From: Candidatus Acetothermia bacterium
Lineage (GTDB): Bacteria; Bipolaricaulota; Bipolaricaulia; RBG-16-55-9; DRXL01
Assembly: GCA_022683945.1 (NCBI GenBank)
Contig: JAJHSH010000027.1
Coordinates: 1 to 63,822, forward strand
DNA: 63,822 nucleotides
Direction: 5' to 3'
The stretch's first letter is position 1. Each line of letters begins with the position of its first letter. The notes beneath the pieces were generated by a model that saw nothing but the letters and a program-made list of their open reading frames with translations, was not told where the DNA came from and made no database searches. The translations under genes were made by a program, and so were the position numbers. This document shows, one piece after another, positions 1 to 7,776 of the stretch.

Positions 1-44
1 ATGGAAGCGTGCTCAAGCACGCTCACAGCCCGCTTGACCCCCAT

Positions 45-73
45 TTGCAAGCCCGTTTATCATCAGAGATAAT
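45..73 (+). promoter_or_regulatory. candidate sigma70 promoter for the HicB-like ORF
   Basis: TTGCAA (45-50), 17-nt spacer, GATAAT (68-73). The ATG at 83 is only about 10 nt downstream, so the mRNA would be near-leaderless. Confidence 0.3.
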
Positions 74-82
74 ACACACACT

Positions 83-292
83 ATGCGCACCATTAAGATG
101 ATCGCTCGTTGGAGCCCAGAAGGCTGGTGGGCCCGCGCCGTGGGAGAGTCCATTTATACCCAAGGCGATACCCTCGATGACCTCTGGGAGAGCATTCAAG
201 ACGCCGTCGCGGTGCACTTCGATAGCCACCCCGTTAGAGTTCAGCTCGTCATCGAGAGCCATGTTCCGCAAGCGACCCCAGTTGCGCGGTGA
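83..292 (+). CDS. HicB-like / UPF0150-fold small antitoxin-type protein (69 aa)
   Basis: Core GESIYTQGDTLDDLWESIQDAVAVHF resembles the HicB N-terminal domain consensus (..GCxSQGDTLEEALxNAKEAIELHL). Confidence 0.55.
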   Translation: MRTIKMIARWSPEGWWARAVGESIYTQGDTLDDLWESIQDAVAVHFDSHPVRVQLVIESHVPQATPVAR

Positions 293-317
293 GCAGATCG
301 TCATGCTGTCGCCTGTG

Positions 318-341
318 AGCCGGTGGATGAATCCACCGGCT
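318..341 (+). terminator. GC-rich hairpin after the HicB-like ORF
   Basis: agccggtgga / tgaa / tccaccggct gives a 10-bp stem and tetraloop. Only a weak T tract follows. Confidence 0.3.
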
Positions 342-373
342 TATACTGATTTGACTTGATCATGTCGTCAAGG

Positions 374-479
374 GCTGACAGCAGATTTCGGTAGCAGATT
401 AAGCTAAGAACCCTCACCCCGTCCCTCTCCCTAGCAGGGAGAGGGTGCAGGGTGAGGGTGGCTGAATCCGCTGTCAGCT
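374..479. repeat. composite repeat: outer GCTGACAGC-type palindrome carrying an inner CCCTCACCC/GGGAGAGGG palindrome
   Basis: Left arm gctgacagcagatttcggtagcagattaagctaagaa and right arm gctgaatccgctgtcagct flank the inner element at 411-460. The same architecture occurs at 7619-7738. Confidence 0.85.
411..460. repeat. palindromic repeat, family A (CCCTCACCCC-N-CCCTCTCCC loop GGGAGAGGG-N-GGGTGAGGG)
   Basis: ccctcaccccgtccctctccctagcagggagagggtgcagggtgagggtg is a double-arm hairpin. Many related copies occur in the window. Confidence 0.9.
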
Positions 480-926
480 AAAAGGCAGGAAGGGAAGGCA
501 GGAGGGGTCGATCCCGCCTTCCCGAAAATGAGGTTAGCAACCACCGGTCGCCGGAGCCGTGCGGATGCTCCCGCGACCGGAGAAGGAACTAACGGTTTCC
601 CTCGCCCTTGGGGATTTGAACCCCGGCCGGCTCTGGACTGGGGAAAAACCCGCGCCGAAGGAGGTTGGCAGGAGCGACGCGGTAAAACCCTTGCCCGTTC
701 GGGCCAAAGACCCGCGAACCGGCTGACAGCGTGTCACGGACTCTACAGTTCCTTCTTTGAGCGATCATCGTCCCCAAGCATACCTCAATCCCCCAAGCCT
801 CCCAAGGACTACGGTCCATACCCAGAGATGACTTTGTCAAAGATCGGGGTGCTCGGTGTCCCTAAAAACTATACAGACCGATTCGTCAAAATACGATGAC
901 CGCGCCGTGAAAATCCCGTGAACGCT
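480..926. ncRNA. unassigned GC-rich structured non-coding region (possible ncRNA, class unknown)
   Basis: No protein-like ORF is present; the 528-899 ORF is Arg/Pro/Gly-rich junk overlapped on both strands. A long hairpin lies at 544-580, a 9-bp closing helix GAAGGAACT (582-590) / AGTTCCTTC (747-755) encloses about 155 nt, and a T-arm-like GGGGTTCAAATCCCC lies on the minus strand at 610-624. Confidence 0.25.
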
Positions 927-1358
927 CTACGCCGGCGGCAGCTCCGAGATCTCCCAGTAGTCTAAGACCGTATTGATGACTTTGATGAACTCCGTGGTGC
1001 TGGGAGGCTTAGGGATATAGCCGCTCGCCCCGGAGTTATACGCTTTTACGATGTCCTCGTCGCGCTTGGAGACCGTGAGCACGATCACCGGGATTCTCTT
1101 GAGACCGGCATCTTGGCGGATCTCGGCCAAGACTTCGTGCCCGCCGATCTTGGGGAGATTGAGATCGAGAAAGATGAGATCGGGTCTGGGCGCGTCGCTG
1201 TATTTGCCTTTACGACGCAAAAAATCCAAAGCCTCTTGGCCGTCTTGCACGACGAAGAGATCGCTCTGCACGTTGCCCTTTTTTAAAGATCTCTCGGCGA
1301 TCTTGACGTCGTCGGGGTTGTCCTCGACCAGCAGTATCTTGAGCTTTCGGTTGCGCAT
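927..1358 (-). CDS. single-domain CheY-like response regulator (143 aa)
   Basis: KILLVEDNPDD, the phospho-acceptor context DLIFLDLNLPK, and VIVLTVS...KAYNSGASGYIPKP. Confidence 0.9.
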   Translation of the reverse strand: MRNRKLKILLVEDNPDDVKIAERSLKKGNVQSDLFVVQDGQEALDFLRRKGKYSDAPRPDLIFLDLNLPKIGGHEVLAEIRQDAGLKRIPVIVLTVSKRDEDIVKAYNSGASGYIPKPPSTTEFIKVINTVLDYWEISELPPA

Positions 1359-1376
1359 AGTTCACCTCGGTTTGCT

Positions 1377-3209
1377 TCAGTACGCCTGCCCTACCAGGGC
1401 CGGCGTCGCTCCATTGCGGCTGGGGGTCTGAATCTGAACCTGAACCGGAAGCGTAAAATGAAAGGCGCTCCCTTCTCCCACTTTGGATTCGACCCAGATC
1501 CGCCCGCCATACTCCTCGACAATGCGTTTGCAGATGGCCAACCCCGCGCCGGTGCTCTCGTAATCGTCGCGTGGGTTCAGTCTCTCAAACAGCTCAAAGA
1601 CTTTATTCAGATAGCGCTCCTCGATGCCGATGCCGTTGTCGCGCACCGTAAAGTGGTAGAACGCTCCTTGGGGCGTCCAGCTCACTTCGACTTGCTTATG
1701 GGGCTTATCGTTGTATTTGATGGCATTGGAGATGAGATTCCCAAAGAGCGCGAGCAAGAGCGTACGATTAGCGAAGACGGTGGGCAACGTGGGGGGCACG
1801 ATCAGAGCGACGTTCTCCAGGCGCGCCTTGAGATCTTCTCTCAATTGCTCGATCACTTCGGCCAGTGAGATCTTCTCCAGATTCTCTTGGCGCGTGCCGA
1901 TGCTGCTCAATTTTAATAGATCGTCGATCATGTGGCGCATTCTTAAACTGGCTCGATGAATTCTGTTTAAATAATCTTGGGCCTCGCCGTCCAATCGGGG
2001 ACCATAGTCGTCAATGAGATACTGCGTGAAGACGGCCATTGTTCTGAGCGGCTCTTTGAGATCGTGCGAGACGACGTGCGTAAATTCTTCCAATTTGAGG
2101 TTGCTCTCTTCTAGGCGTTTGGTCTTCTCTTGCAAGATGCGCTCCAAGCGCTGTTTTTCCGTAATATCAATAAAGTGATCGATGCGGCCGCCTTTGTAGC
2201 GTTCGGTAGAGACGGGCAGGCTGCGATATTCTAAGATGCGCTCGTCTTCTCCCGCGCCGTGACGGAGGGCGAAGAGAAAGGGCGCGGTTTCACAAGCTAC
2301 CACGTTCTCAAAATCGTTCAGGTCTTTGAAGAGCTGCTTCGCGCCGGCCAGTGCCCGTCGCGCCTCCAAGCCGGGCATCTCCTCTCGGTCCAGATCCAAA
2401 AACTTCTCCAACGTGCGATTGGCCCAGATCACTTTTCGTTCTTTATCCAAGAGCAAGATCCCCGTGTCGAGAGTATCTATAGCATCTTCGATGAGATAGC
2501 GATAGCGCGCCTGCGCTTCGCGCACTTTGTTCTCCAATTCGGCGAGCGCCGAGAGGTCGCGCATCTCCAAGAGCAGTCGCGACTGGCGCGTCGGTTCCAA
2601 GCGCACGAACTTCAGCTCGACGGGAATGAGCTCTTTGCTCTGCGAGACGGTGCGCAATTTTAACGGGCCGGCCTCGCCGCGCAGCGCCGCGCGTTCCAGC
2701 TCTTCGCGCACGCGCGCCTGATCGTCGGGATGAAAGAACTCCCAGATTCTGCGAGGCGCTCCATAGACTTCGACCGCGCGATCGTTGCTCTCCAGCACCT
2801 GTCCTTCGTGGTCGATCATCTGCGCGAAGTTGAGCGAGCGCTTAAAGACGAGCTGCGCCAAGGGACGTATCTTTCTGACGGGGTTCTTCCAGCGCCGCCA
2901 GAGCGCCAACCCTAACCCAACAATCAGATAGCCTCCACCGGCCCAGATCAGAAGAAAATACCGATCTGGGGGGACAAAGGGCAGAGCAGCGCCCAGACTG
3001 GCAAGCGCACCAAGCCCTGCTCCCCAAAAGCTAAAAGACCACGCGCTGATGAGCATAGGAAGCCCGGCGAGCAACAAGACATCTACGGCGTGATACTCGT
3101 TCAGCCCCGCCAAGAGCAAGAGCAGACCGCCATAAGCGAGCAAGACCAACAGGCCGCGCCCCAGCGCAGCCCGCACCGAGAAATCTGTCGCGCCAACACG
3201 CCTGGTCAT
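1377..3209 (-). CDS. membrane-bound PAS-domain sensor histidine kinase (610 aa)
   Basis: N-terminal TM segments, PAS-like regions, the H-box FTHVVSHDLKEPLRTM, and the HATPase_c motifs NLISNAIKY, DNGIGI and GAGLAICKRIV. It lies 18 nt upstream of the response regulator gene. Confidence 0.9.
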   Translation of the reverse strand: MTRRVGATDFSVRAALGRGLLVLLAYGGLLLLLAGLNEYHAVDVLLLAGLPMLISAWSFSFWGAGLGALASLGAALPFVPPDRYFLLIWAGGGYLIVGLGLALWRRWKNPVRKIRPLAQLVFKRSLNFAQMIDHEGQVLESNDRAVEVYGAPRRIWEFFHPDDQARVREELERAALRGEAGPLKLRTVSQSKELIPVELKFVRLEPTRQSRLLLEMRDLSALAELENKVREAQARYRYLIEDAIDTLDTGILLLDKERKVIWANRTLEKFLDLDREEMPGLEARRALAGAKQLFKDLNDFENVVACETAPFLFALRHGAGEDERILEYRSLPVSTERYKGGRIDHFIDITEKQRLERILQEKTKRLEESNLKLEEFTHVVSHDLKEPLRTMAVFTQYLIDDYGPRLDGEAQDYLNRIHRASLRMRHMIDDLLKLSSIGTRQENLEKISLAEVIEQLREDLKARLENVALIVPPTLPTVFANRTLLLALFGNLISNAIKYNDKPHKQVEVSWTPQGAFYHFTVRDNGIGIEERYLNKVFELFERLNPRDDYESTGAGLAICKRIVEEYGGRIWVESKVGEGSAFHFTLPVQVQIQTPSRNGATPALVGQAY

Positions 3210-3304
3210 ATGAGATACAGAAGCCTATGCCGAGTCTACTCCCAGCGGGGCGCTGACCAAAGGACATCTGTCCCGTGCAGAAGCGAAGGTTGGCCGTTTT
3301 AGAC

Positions 3305-3991
3305 TCAGATAATCAGATTATCTTCGAGATTAAAGGGGAAGGGCTCGGCCATCGCTTCCAAGGATTTGGGATCGAGCACGGTGATCTTGCGGTCGTCCAC
3401 GGCGATGACGCCGCGCTCTTGGAGTTCCCCCAAGGTGCGGATCGCCGTTTTGGAGCTGACCCCGGCCATCTCGGCCAGCTCGGTGCGCGAGAGCTCAACC
3501 CCGCTATCGCCCAGCTTCAAGATAATACGGGCCAAGCGCTCCTTGCTCCCGTTATAACTGCGCTCAGCCAGCTTACACTGAAACGCTTTCAGCTCTTCGC
3601 TGAGCTTCTCAAAGAAGCGAAACGAAACGGCGGGATGGCGCATCAAAAAGTCGAAGAACTCGCCGCGCTCGATGAACCCCACCACTGCTTTATTGAGCGT
3701 CTTGGCGTAGGCGATATGCACGCCCTTATCGAAGAGAGTCGTCTCTCCGACGAGCTCTCCCGGCCCGACGAGCTTGAGAATCTGTTTCTTGCCGCCCAGC
3801 GTGCGCTTGACCAGCTTCACGTGGCCCTCAAAGACGAGATAGAACCCGAACGCGGGCGCCCCCTCTTGGAAGATGATCTCGCCGCGACCGTATTTTATAC
3901 GGCGAATCTTGCTGTCCAGCTCGCCCAAGTCTTTGGGGCTCAAATCCAAAAGAACCTTGAAATCTTTAAGCTCCAGCATCCCTCTCACCAT
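3305..3991 (-). CDS. Crp/Fnr family transcriptional regulator (228 aa)
   Basis: An N-terminal cNMP-binding beta-roll (GEIIFQEGAPAFGFYLVFEGHVKL) and a C-terminal HTH (RTELAEMAGVSSKTAIRTLGELQERG). Confidence 0.9.
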   Translation of the reverse strand: MVRGMLELKDFKVLLDLSPKDLGELDSKIRRIKYGRGEIIFQEGAPAFGFYLVFEGHVKLVKRTLGGKKQILKLVGPGELVGETTLFDKGVHIAYAKTLNKAVVGFIERGEFFDFLMRHPAVSFRFFEKLSEELKAFQCKLAERSYNGSKERLARIILKLGDSGVELSRTELAEMAGVSSKTAIRTLGELQERGVIAVDDRKITVLDPKSLEAMAEPFPFNLEDNLII

Positions 3992-4060
3992 CCTAAGTCA
4001 TGGGCAATAGTTCAGACACCCCGCTCTGGTGTCTATTATAAGCAGGCCGCCGGCCCGGCG

Positions 4061-4513
4061 TCAATCCCACACCCCCACCGGCGCCTCTTCTTTGGCTACA
4101 GATAAGACAATACTCGTGTTGGTGCGCTCGATGGCCGGGTGGCTCAAAAGTCTCTTAATCTCGCGGTTCATGCTCTCCTGGTCTCTGAACTTCCCGATCA
4201 CGAGAATATCAAACTCGCCGGTGATCTCATAGACGTGCGTCAGGCGGTCATCGCCCTGTTTGAGTTCTTCGACGATCTTGGGGATTTGGTTGCCCCGTGC
4301 TTTGATCAGCGTGACCGTTGTGAGGGGGTAGCCCAATTTTTGGTAATCTACCAATGCTTTGTAGCCGCGGATGACGCCGCTGGCCTCCAGCTCGTTCAGA
4401 CGATTGCCCACCGTGGCGGCCGAAACGTCCAGCCGCCGCGCCAATTCCCGCAGGCTGATGCGCCCGTCGCGCTGCAGGTGCTCGACAATGCGACGATCCA
4501 GATCTTTGTGCAT
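4061..4513 (-). CDS. Lrp/AsnC family transcriptional regulator (about 150 aa)
   Basis: MHKDLDRRIVEHLQRDGRISLRELARRLDVSAATVGNRLNELEASGVIRGY followed by a RAM/ACT-like C-terminus. I prefer the internal ATG at 4513 over the ORF-track start at 4588, which adds an atypical 25-aa extension. Confidence 0.8.
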   Translation of the reverse strand: MHKDLDRRIVEHLQRDGRISLRELARRLDVSAATVGNRLNELEASGVIRGYKALVDYQKLGYPLTTVTLIKARGNQIPKIVEELKQGDDRLTHVYEITGEFDILVIGKFRDQESMNREIKRLLSHPAIERTNTSIVLSVAKEEAPVGVWD

Positions 4514-4599
4514 GAGCCGACCCACTTGAGCCAATATGATTGTAACACGAAGAGGCCCTCGCAGGCAAGAGCCTTGACGCTCTCTCACAGAAGTGTTAA

Positions 4600-5830
4600 G
4601 ATTTTTCTGTTGTGACGACTCACCCGACTAAAGCCGGATGCTTCTCGGCACGCGGGCCGAAGGCTGCGTCCCAGCCTAACGCCCGCACCAGAATCACGCG
4701 GGCGGCATTCACGTCGCGGTCAAGAACCAGACCGCAAGAAGGACAATGATGCTCACGAATATGAAGAGTTTTGGGGACGTAACACCAACAGGCAGAGCAG
4801 AGTTGACTGGTGTGCGGGGCGTCCACTCTTCTGATCTCACTACCAGCATTTGCAGCTTTGTAGTCGAGCATTTTAGCAAGCGTGGCCCAACCCGCATCGT
4901 GAATCGACTTGCTCATCCCCGGTTTGGTCTCGTGCGTCATCCCCTTGATGTTCAGAGACTCAATGACGATCAGACTGTAGGTATCAACGAGCCGACGCGA
5001 GAGCTTATGCAGAAAGTCCTTGCGCTGCCTAGCGACCTTGCTGTGCAGGCGAGTCAGTATTCGGCGCTGCTTGCGGCTGCGATGCAAAGAGTAGCGTTGC
5101 TGGACTTCAGTCAATCGTTCTTCGGCTTGGCGGTAGAGACGCGGGGCCTTGATCTTGGCGCCGTCCGACAGTGCAACTATGTGGTTAAGCCCTACATCGA
5201 GCCCAACCATCGGGCCGTGATGAACGGGTGGCGTTACATCAGGAACCGAGATCCTGAACGTAGCGAACCACTTACCGTTGGCTTGACGAGTGATCACCAC
5301 GTCTTTGATTTCAGCCTGTTCAGGGAGCACTCGATGCCAACGGACACGAATCACTCCCACGTTCTGTACTCTCAAGCGTCTCGTGGCCGTCAGGCCGCTA
5401 CCATCGCCGAAGCGGAACTCCAAGGACCGGAACCGGTCTGTGGCCTTAAATCGTGGACGTTTGCGAATGCCCTGAAGAAATGCGCGGTAGTTCTTATCCA
5501 GGCGGCGCAGCACCTGTTGACAGGCCGAAAAGTTCAACTGGCCAAGCTCGACATCTTCCCTGCGCATCCGCTTGAGATCGGCAGCCTGATCGGTGTAACT
5601 GACGGAGTGAAAATATCGTTTCCAGCAGAGCAGACGATGCTCAAGCGCAGCGTTGTAGAGTCTGCGGCCTACATCAAGCAACTGTGCAAGAGCTTGCTCC
5701 TGCTTCGTAGTTGGGTAGATTCGGTACTGGTAGGCGCGTTTCATCGCAATTTATTATGCTTGCAAGGTGAGGTGAAGTCAAGGGGCCGATTCCCCACCCG
5801 CTTAAAAGCGGGTGTCCCCTCGGCCTAAAC
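4600..5830 (-). mobile_element. tnpB-only IS605/IS1341-like element, ends not determined
   Basis: The solo tnpB is wedged between the lrp-like gene and panB. A hairpin ccacccgcttaaaagcgggtg lies at about 5796-5816 upstream of tnpB. The exact LE/RE boundaries cannot be set without a second copy. Confidence 0.4.
4620..5744 (-). CDS. tnpB: IS200/IS605-family TnpB (OrfB, RuvC-like RNA-guided nuclease) (374 aa)
   Basis: The N-terminus MKRAYQYRIYPTTKQEQAL is typical of OrfB_IS605. The RuvC triad contexts GLDVGLNH, VIESLNIKG and DRDVNAARVI are present, as is the zinc finger CSACWC...CPSCG. No tnpA is adjacent. Confidence 0.9.
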   Translation of the reverse strand: MKRAYQYRIYPTTKQEQALAQLLDVGRRLYNAALEHRLLCWKRYFHSVSYTDQAADLKRMRREDVELGQLNFSACQQVLRRLDKNYRAFLQGIRKRPRFKATDRFRSLEFRFGDGSGLTATRRLRVQNVGVIRVRWHRVLPEQAEIKDVVITRQANGKWFATFRISVPDVTPPVHHGPMVGLDVGLNHIVALSDGAKIKAPRLYRQAEERLTEVQQRYSLHRSRKQRRILTRLHSKVARQRKDFLHKLSRRLVDTYSLIVIESLNIKGMTHETKPGMSKSIHDAGWATLAKMLDYKAANAGSEIRRVDAPHTSQLCSACWCYVPKTLHIREHHCPSCGLVLDRDVNAARVILVRALGWDAAFGPRAEKHPALVG

Positions 5831-5834
5831 TTCT

Positions 5835-6689
5835 ATGGACGACAGAGTGACCATCCCCGGGTTGTTGAAGCTCAAAGAAAAAAAAGAGAAGATCGTCTGT
5901 CTGACGGCGTATGACTGGCCGACCGCGCTGCTGCTCGACCGTGCCGGCATCGAGCTGGTCTTAGTGGGCGACTCAGTGGGCAACAATATGCTGGGCTACT
6001 CCAGCACCATTCCCGTGACCATGGACGAGATGATCCATCACACCAAGGCGGTGCGCCGGGGAGTCGAGCGCGCGCTGCTCGTGGGCGATATGCCCTTTAT
6101 GTCCTATCAGGCCTCTACGGAAGAGGCGATCCGCAACGCAGGCCGTTTCATCAAAGAGGGCGGCACGGAGGCGGTCAAGCTCGAGGGCGGCGAAGAGATC
6201 GCCGATCTTATTGATATCTTAGTGCGTCGCGGTCTGCCGGTGATGGGCCATCTGGGGCTGCTGCCCCAGCGCACTTCCCAAGTGGGCGGCTACAGAGTCC
6301 AAGGGCGCGATGAGATCTCTGCGCGCAAGATGCTGCGTGAAGCGAAAATCTTAGAAGAGGCCGGTGTTTTTTCTCTGGTCTTGGAGATGGTGCCGTGGCC
6401 GCTGGCCAAGCTCATCAGCGAGAGTCTCAAAATCCCGACGATCGGCATCGGCGCCGGGCCGTATTGCGATGGTCAGATCTTAGTGATCACGGACGTCGTA
6501 GGGCTTTCTTTCAGGGTCTCGCCGAAATTCGCCAAGCGCTATCTCAATCTTGGGGAACAGATAGAACAATCTGTGAAAGCCTATCTCACGGAAGTGAAAT
6601 CTCTGGCTTTCCCAACCGTAGAGCAGCATAGCTTTTCTATGGACGAAGAGGTGTTGAAGAAGCTACCCTCACCCCATCCCTCTCCCTGA
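5835..6689 (+). CDS. panB: 3-methyl-2-oxobutanoate hydroxymethyltransferase
   Basis: CLTAYDWPTALLLDRAGIELVLVGDSVGNNMLGY...VKLEGG...GHLGLLPQ matches the PanB family. The last approximately 8 codons and the stop are supplied by repeat 6666-6700. Confidence 0.95.
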   Translation: MDDRVTIPGLLKLKEKKEKIVCLTAYDWPTALLLDRAGIELVLVGDSVGNNMLGYSSTIPVTMDEMIHHTKAVRRGVERALLVGDMPFMSYQASTEEAIRNAGRFIKEGGTEAVKLEGGEEIADLIDILVRRGLPVMGHLGLLPQRTSQVGGYRVQGRDEISARKMLREAKILEEAGVFSLVLEMVPWPLAKLISESLKIPTIGIGAGPYCDGQILVITDVVGLSFRVSPKFAKRYLNLGEQIEQSVKAYLTEVKSLAFPTVEQHSFSMDEEVLKKLPSPHPSP

Positions 6690-6700
6690 GAGGGAGAGGG
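6666..6700. repeat. family A palindromic repeat, right outer arm missing
   Basis: ccctcaccccatccctctccctgagagggagaggg. It overlaps the panB 3' end. Confidence 0.8.
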
Positions 6701-6709
6701 CAGGTCTCT

Positions 6710-7624
6710 ATGAGAATCTTGATCGTCGGTGCAGGAGCACTAGGGAGTCTCTTCGGAGGGCTGCTAGCGCGCGCCGGCGCGACCGTTCAGCTTTACAATC
6801 CATCCCAGATAGAGCATATAGATGCCGTTCGCCGCGCGGGCTTACAGATCGAGTGCGCGGGCGGCGAAACGCTCCATATCAGACTCCAAGCGACGGCTCA
6901 AGCGCCGGAGATCGCAGCAGCAGATCTGGTCGGCCTCTTTGTTAAAGCACATCAGACCGCGGCGGCTATGGCCCAAATCGCGCCCAAGATCTCTGCGGAG
7001 GCTTGGGTCTTGAGTCTCCAGAACGGCGTGGGCATGGAGAGCGAGATTCTTCGCTATCTCCCTGGAGAACGATTTCTGCGAGGCACGACCGCGCAGGGGG
7101 CGACGCTGCTGGGGCCGGGGCGGGTGCGCTGGGCGGGCGTGGGACCGACGCGCTTGGGGCGCTGGCAGGGCCTGCCCAACGCCGAGACCGACCAACTCGT
7201 GGCGCTCTGCAATCGCGCCGGTCTGGAGACGGAGTTCGTCGCGGACATCGAACGACTGCTCTGGGAAAAACTGATGGTCAACTCTGTTATAAACCCCCTG
7301 ACGGCGCTCTTTAATCTGCCCAACGGCGCTATCGTCAACGACTCTGAGTTAAGAGAGATCGCGCACGCCGTCGCCCGTGAAGCATTGCCCCTCGCTCGCC
7401 ATCATGGCGTGCTGTCGAGCGAGCCGGAAATTATCGAGAAGATCGAGAGAGTAGCGTGCAAGACGGCGGAGAATATTTCCAGTATGCTACAAGACGTCCG
7501 GCGCGGGCAGCCGACGGAGATCGCGTATATCAACGGCGCGGTCGTGCGTGAAGGACGTCGGTTGAATATTCCGACGCCGCTGAATTTGTTGTTGGTGAAG
7601 TTGGTTGCGAGCAGATCGAGCTGA
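6710..7624 (+). CDS. panE: 2-dehydropantoate 2-reductase (ketopantoate reductase)
   Basis: MRILIVGAGALGSLFGGLLARAG Rossmann start, ApbA/PanE-like C-terminal domain (EKLMVNSVINPLTAL, QDVRRGQPTEIAYINGAV), and adjacency to panB. Confidence 0.85.
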   Translation: MRILIVGAGALGSLFGGLLARAGATVQLYNPSQIEHIDAVRRAGLQIECAGGETLHIRLQATAQAPEIAAADLVGLFVKAHQTAAAMAQIAPKISAEAWVLSLQNGVGMESEILRYLPGERFLRGTTAQGATLLGPGRVRWAGVGPTRLGRWQGLPNAETDQLVALCNRAGLETEFVADIERLLWEKLMVNSVINPLTALFNLPNGAIVNDSELREIAHAVAREALPLARHHGVLSSEPEIIEKIERVACKTAENISSMLQDVRRGQPTEIAYINGAVVREGRRLNIPTPLNLLLVKLVASRSS

Positions 7625-7738
7625 CAGCGGATTTCGGCAGCAGATTAAGCTAAGAACCCTCACCCTGCACCCTCTCCCTGCTAGGGAGAGGGACGGGGTG
7701 AGGGTGGCTGAATCCGCTCCCCGAATCTGCTGTCAGCT
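7619..7738. repeat. composite repeat: outer AGCTGACAGC palindrome with a nested family A palindrome (7657-7706)
   Basis: agctgacagcggatttcggcagcagattaagctaagaa + ccctcaccctgcaccctctccctgctagggagagggacggggtgagggtg + gctgaatccgctccccgaatctgctgtcagct. The panE stop codon (7622-7624) lies inside the left arm. Confidence 0.9.
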
Positions 7739-7776
7739 CTGCTACAAATCTGATGAAGCAAAGGAGCGACATCGCT

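Noticed and set aside
596-680. Possible tRNA or tmRNA around the minus-strand GGGGTTCAAATCCCC T-arm-like motif
   Set aside because: A 76-nt window can be drawn, but the acceptor strands do not pair, there is no D-arm or anticodon arm, and no CCA or tmRNA-type 5' GGGG..TTCGAC or alanine-tag reading frame was found. The RNase P (GAGGAAAGUCC / ACAGAACCCGGCUUA) and SRP (GGAAGCAGCC) signatures are also absent.
528-899. 123-aa plus-strand ORF, with overlapping 67- and 83-aa minus-strand ORFs
   Set aside because: The composition is Arg/Pro/Gly-rich and not protein-like. There is no RBS, and the ORFs overlap each other in a region dominated by strong RNA-type helices. I treat the region as non-coding.
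4746-5828. 360-aa plus-strand ORF
   Set aside because: It is fully antisense to the well-supported tnpB gene and has no recognisable motifs.
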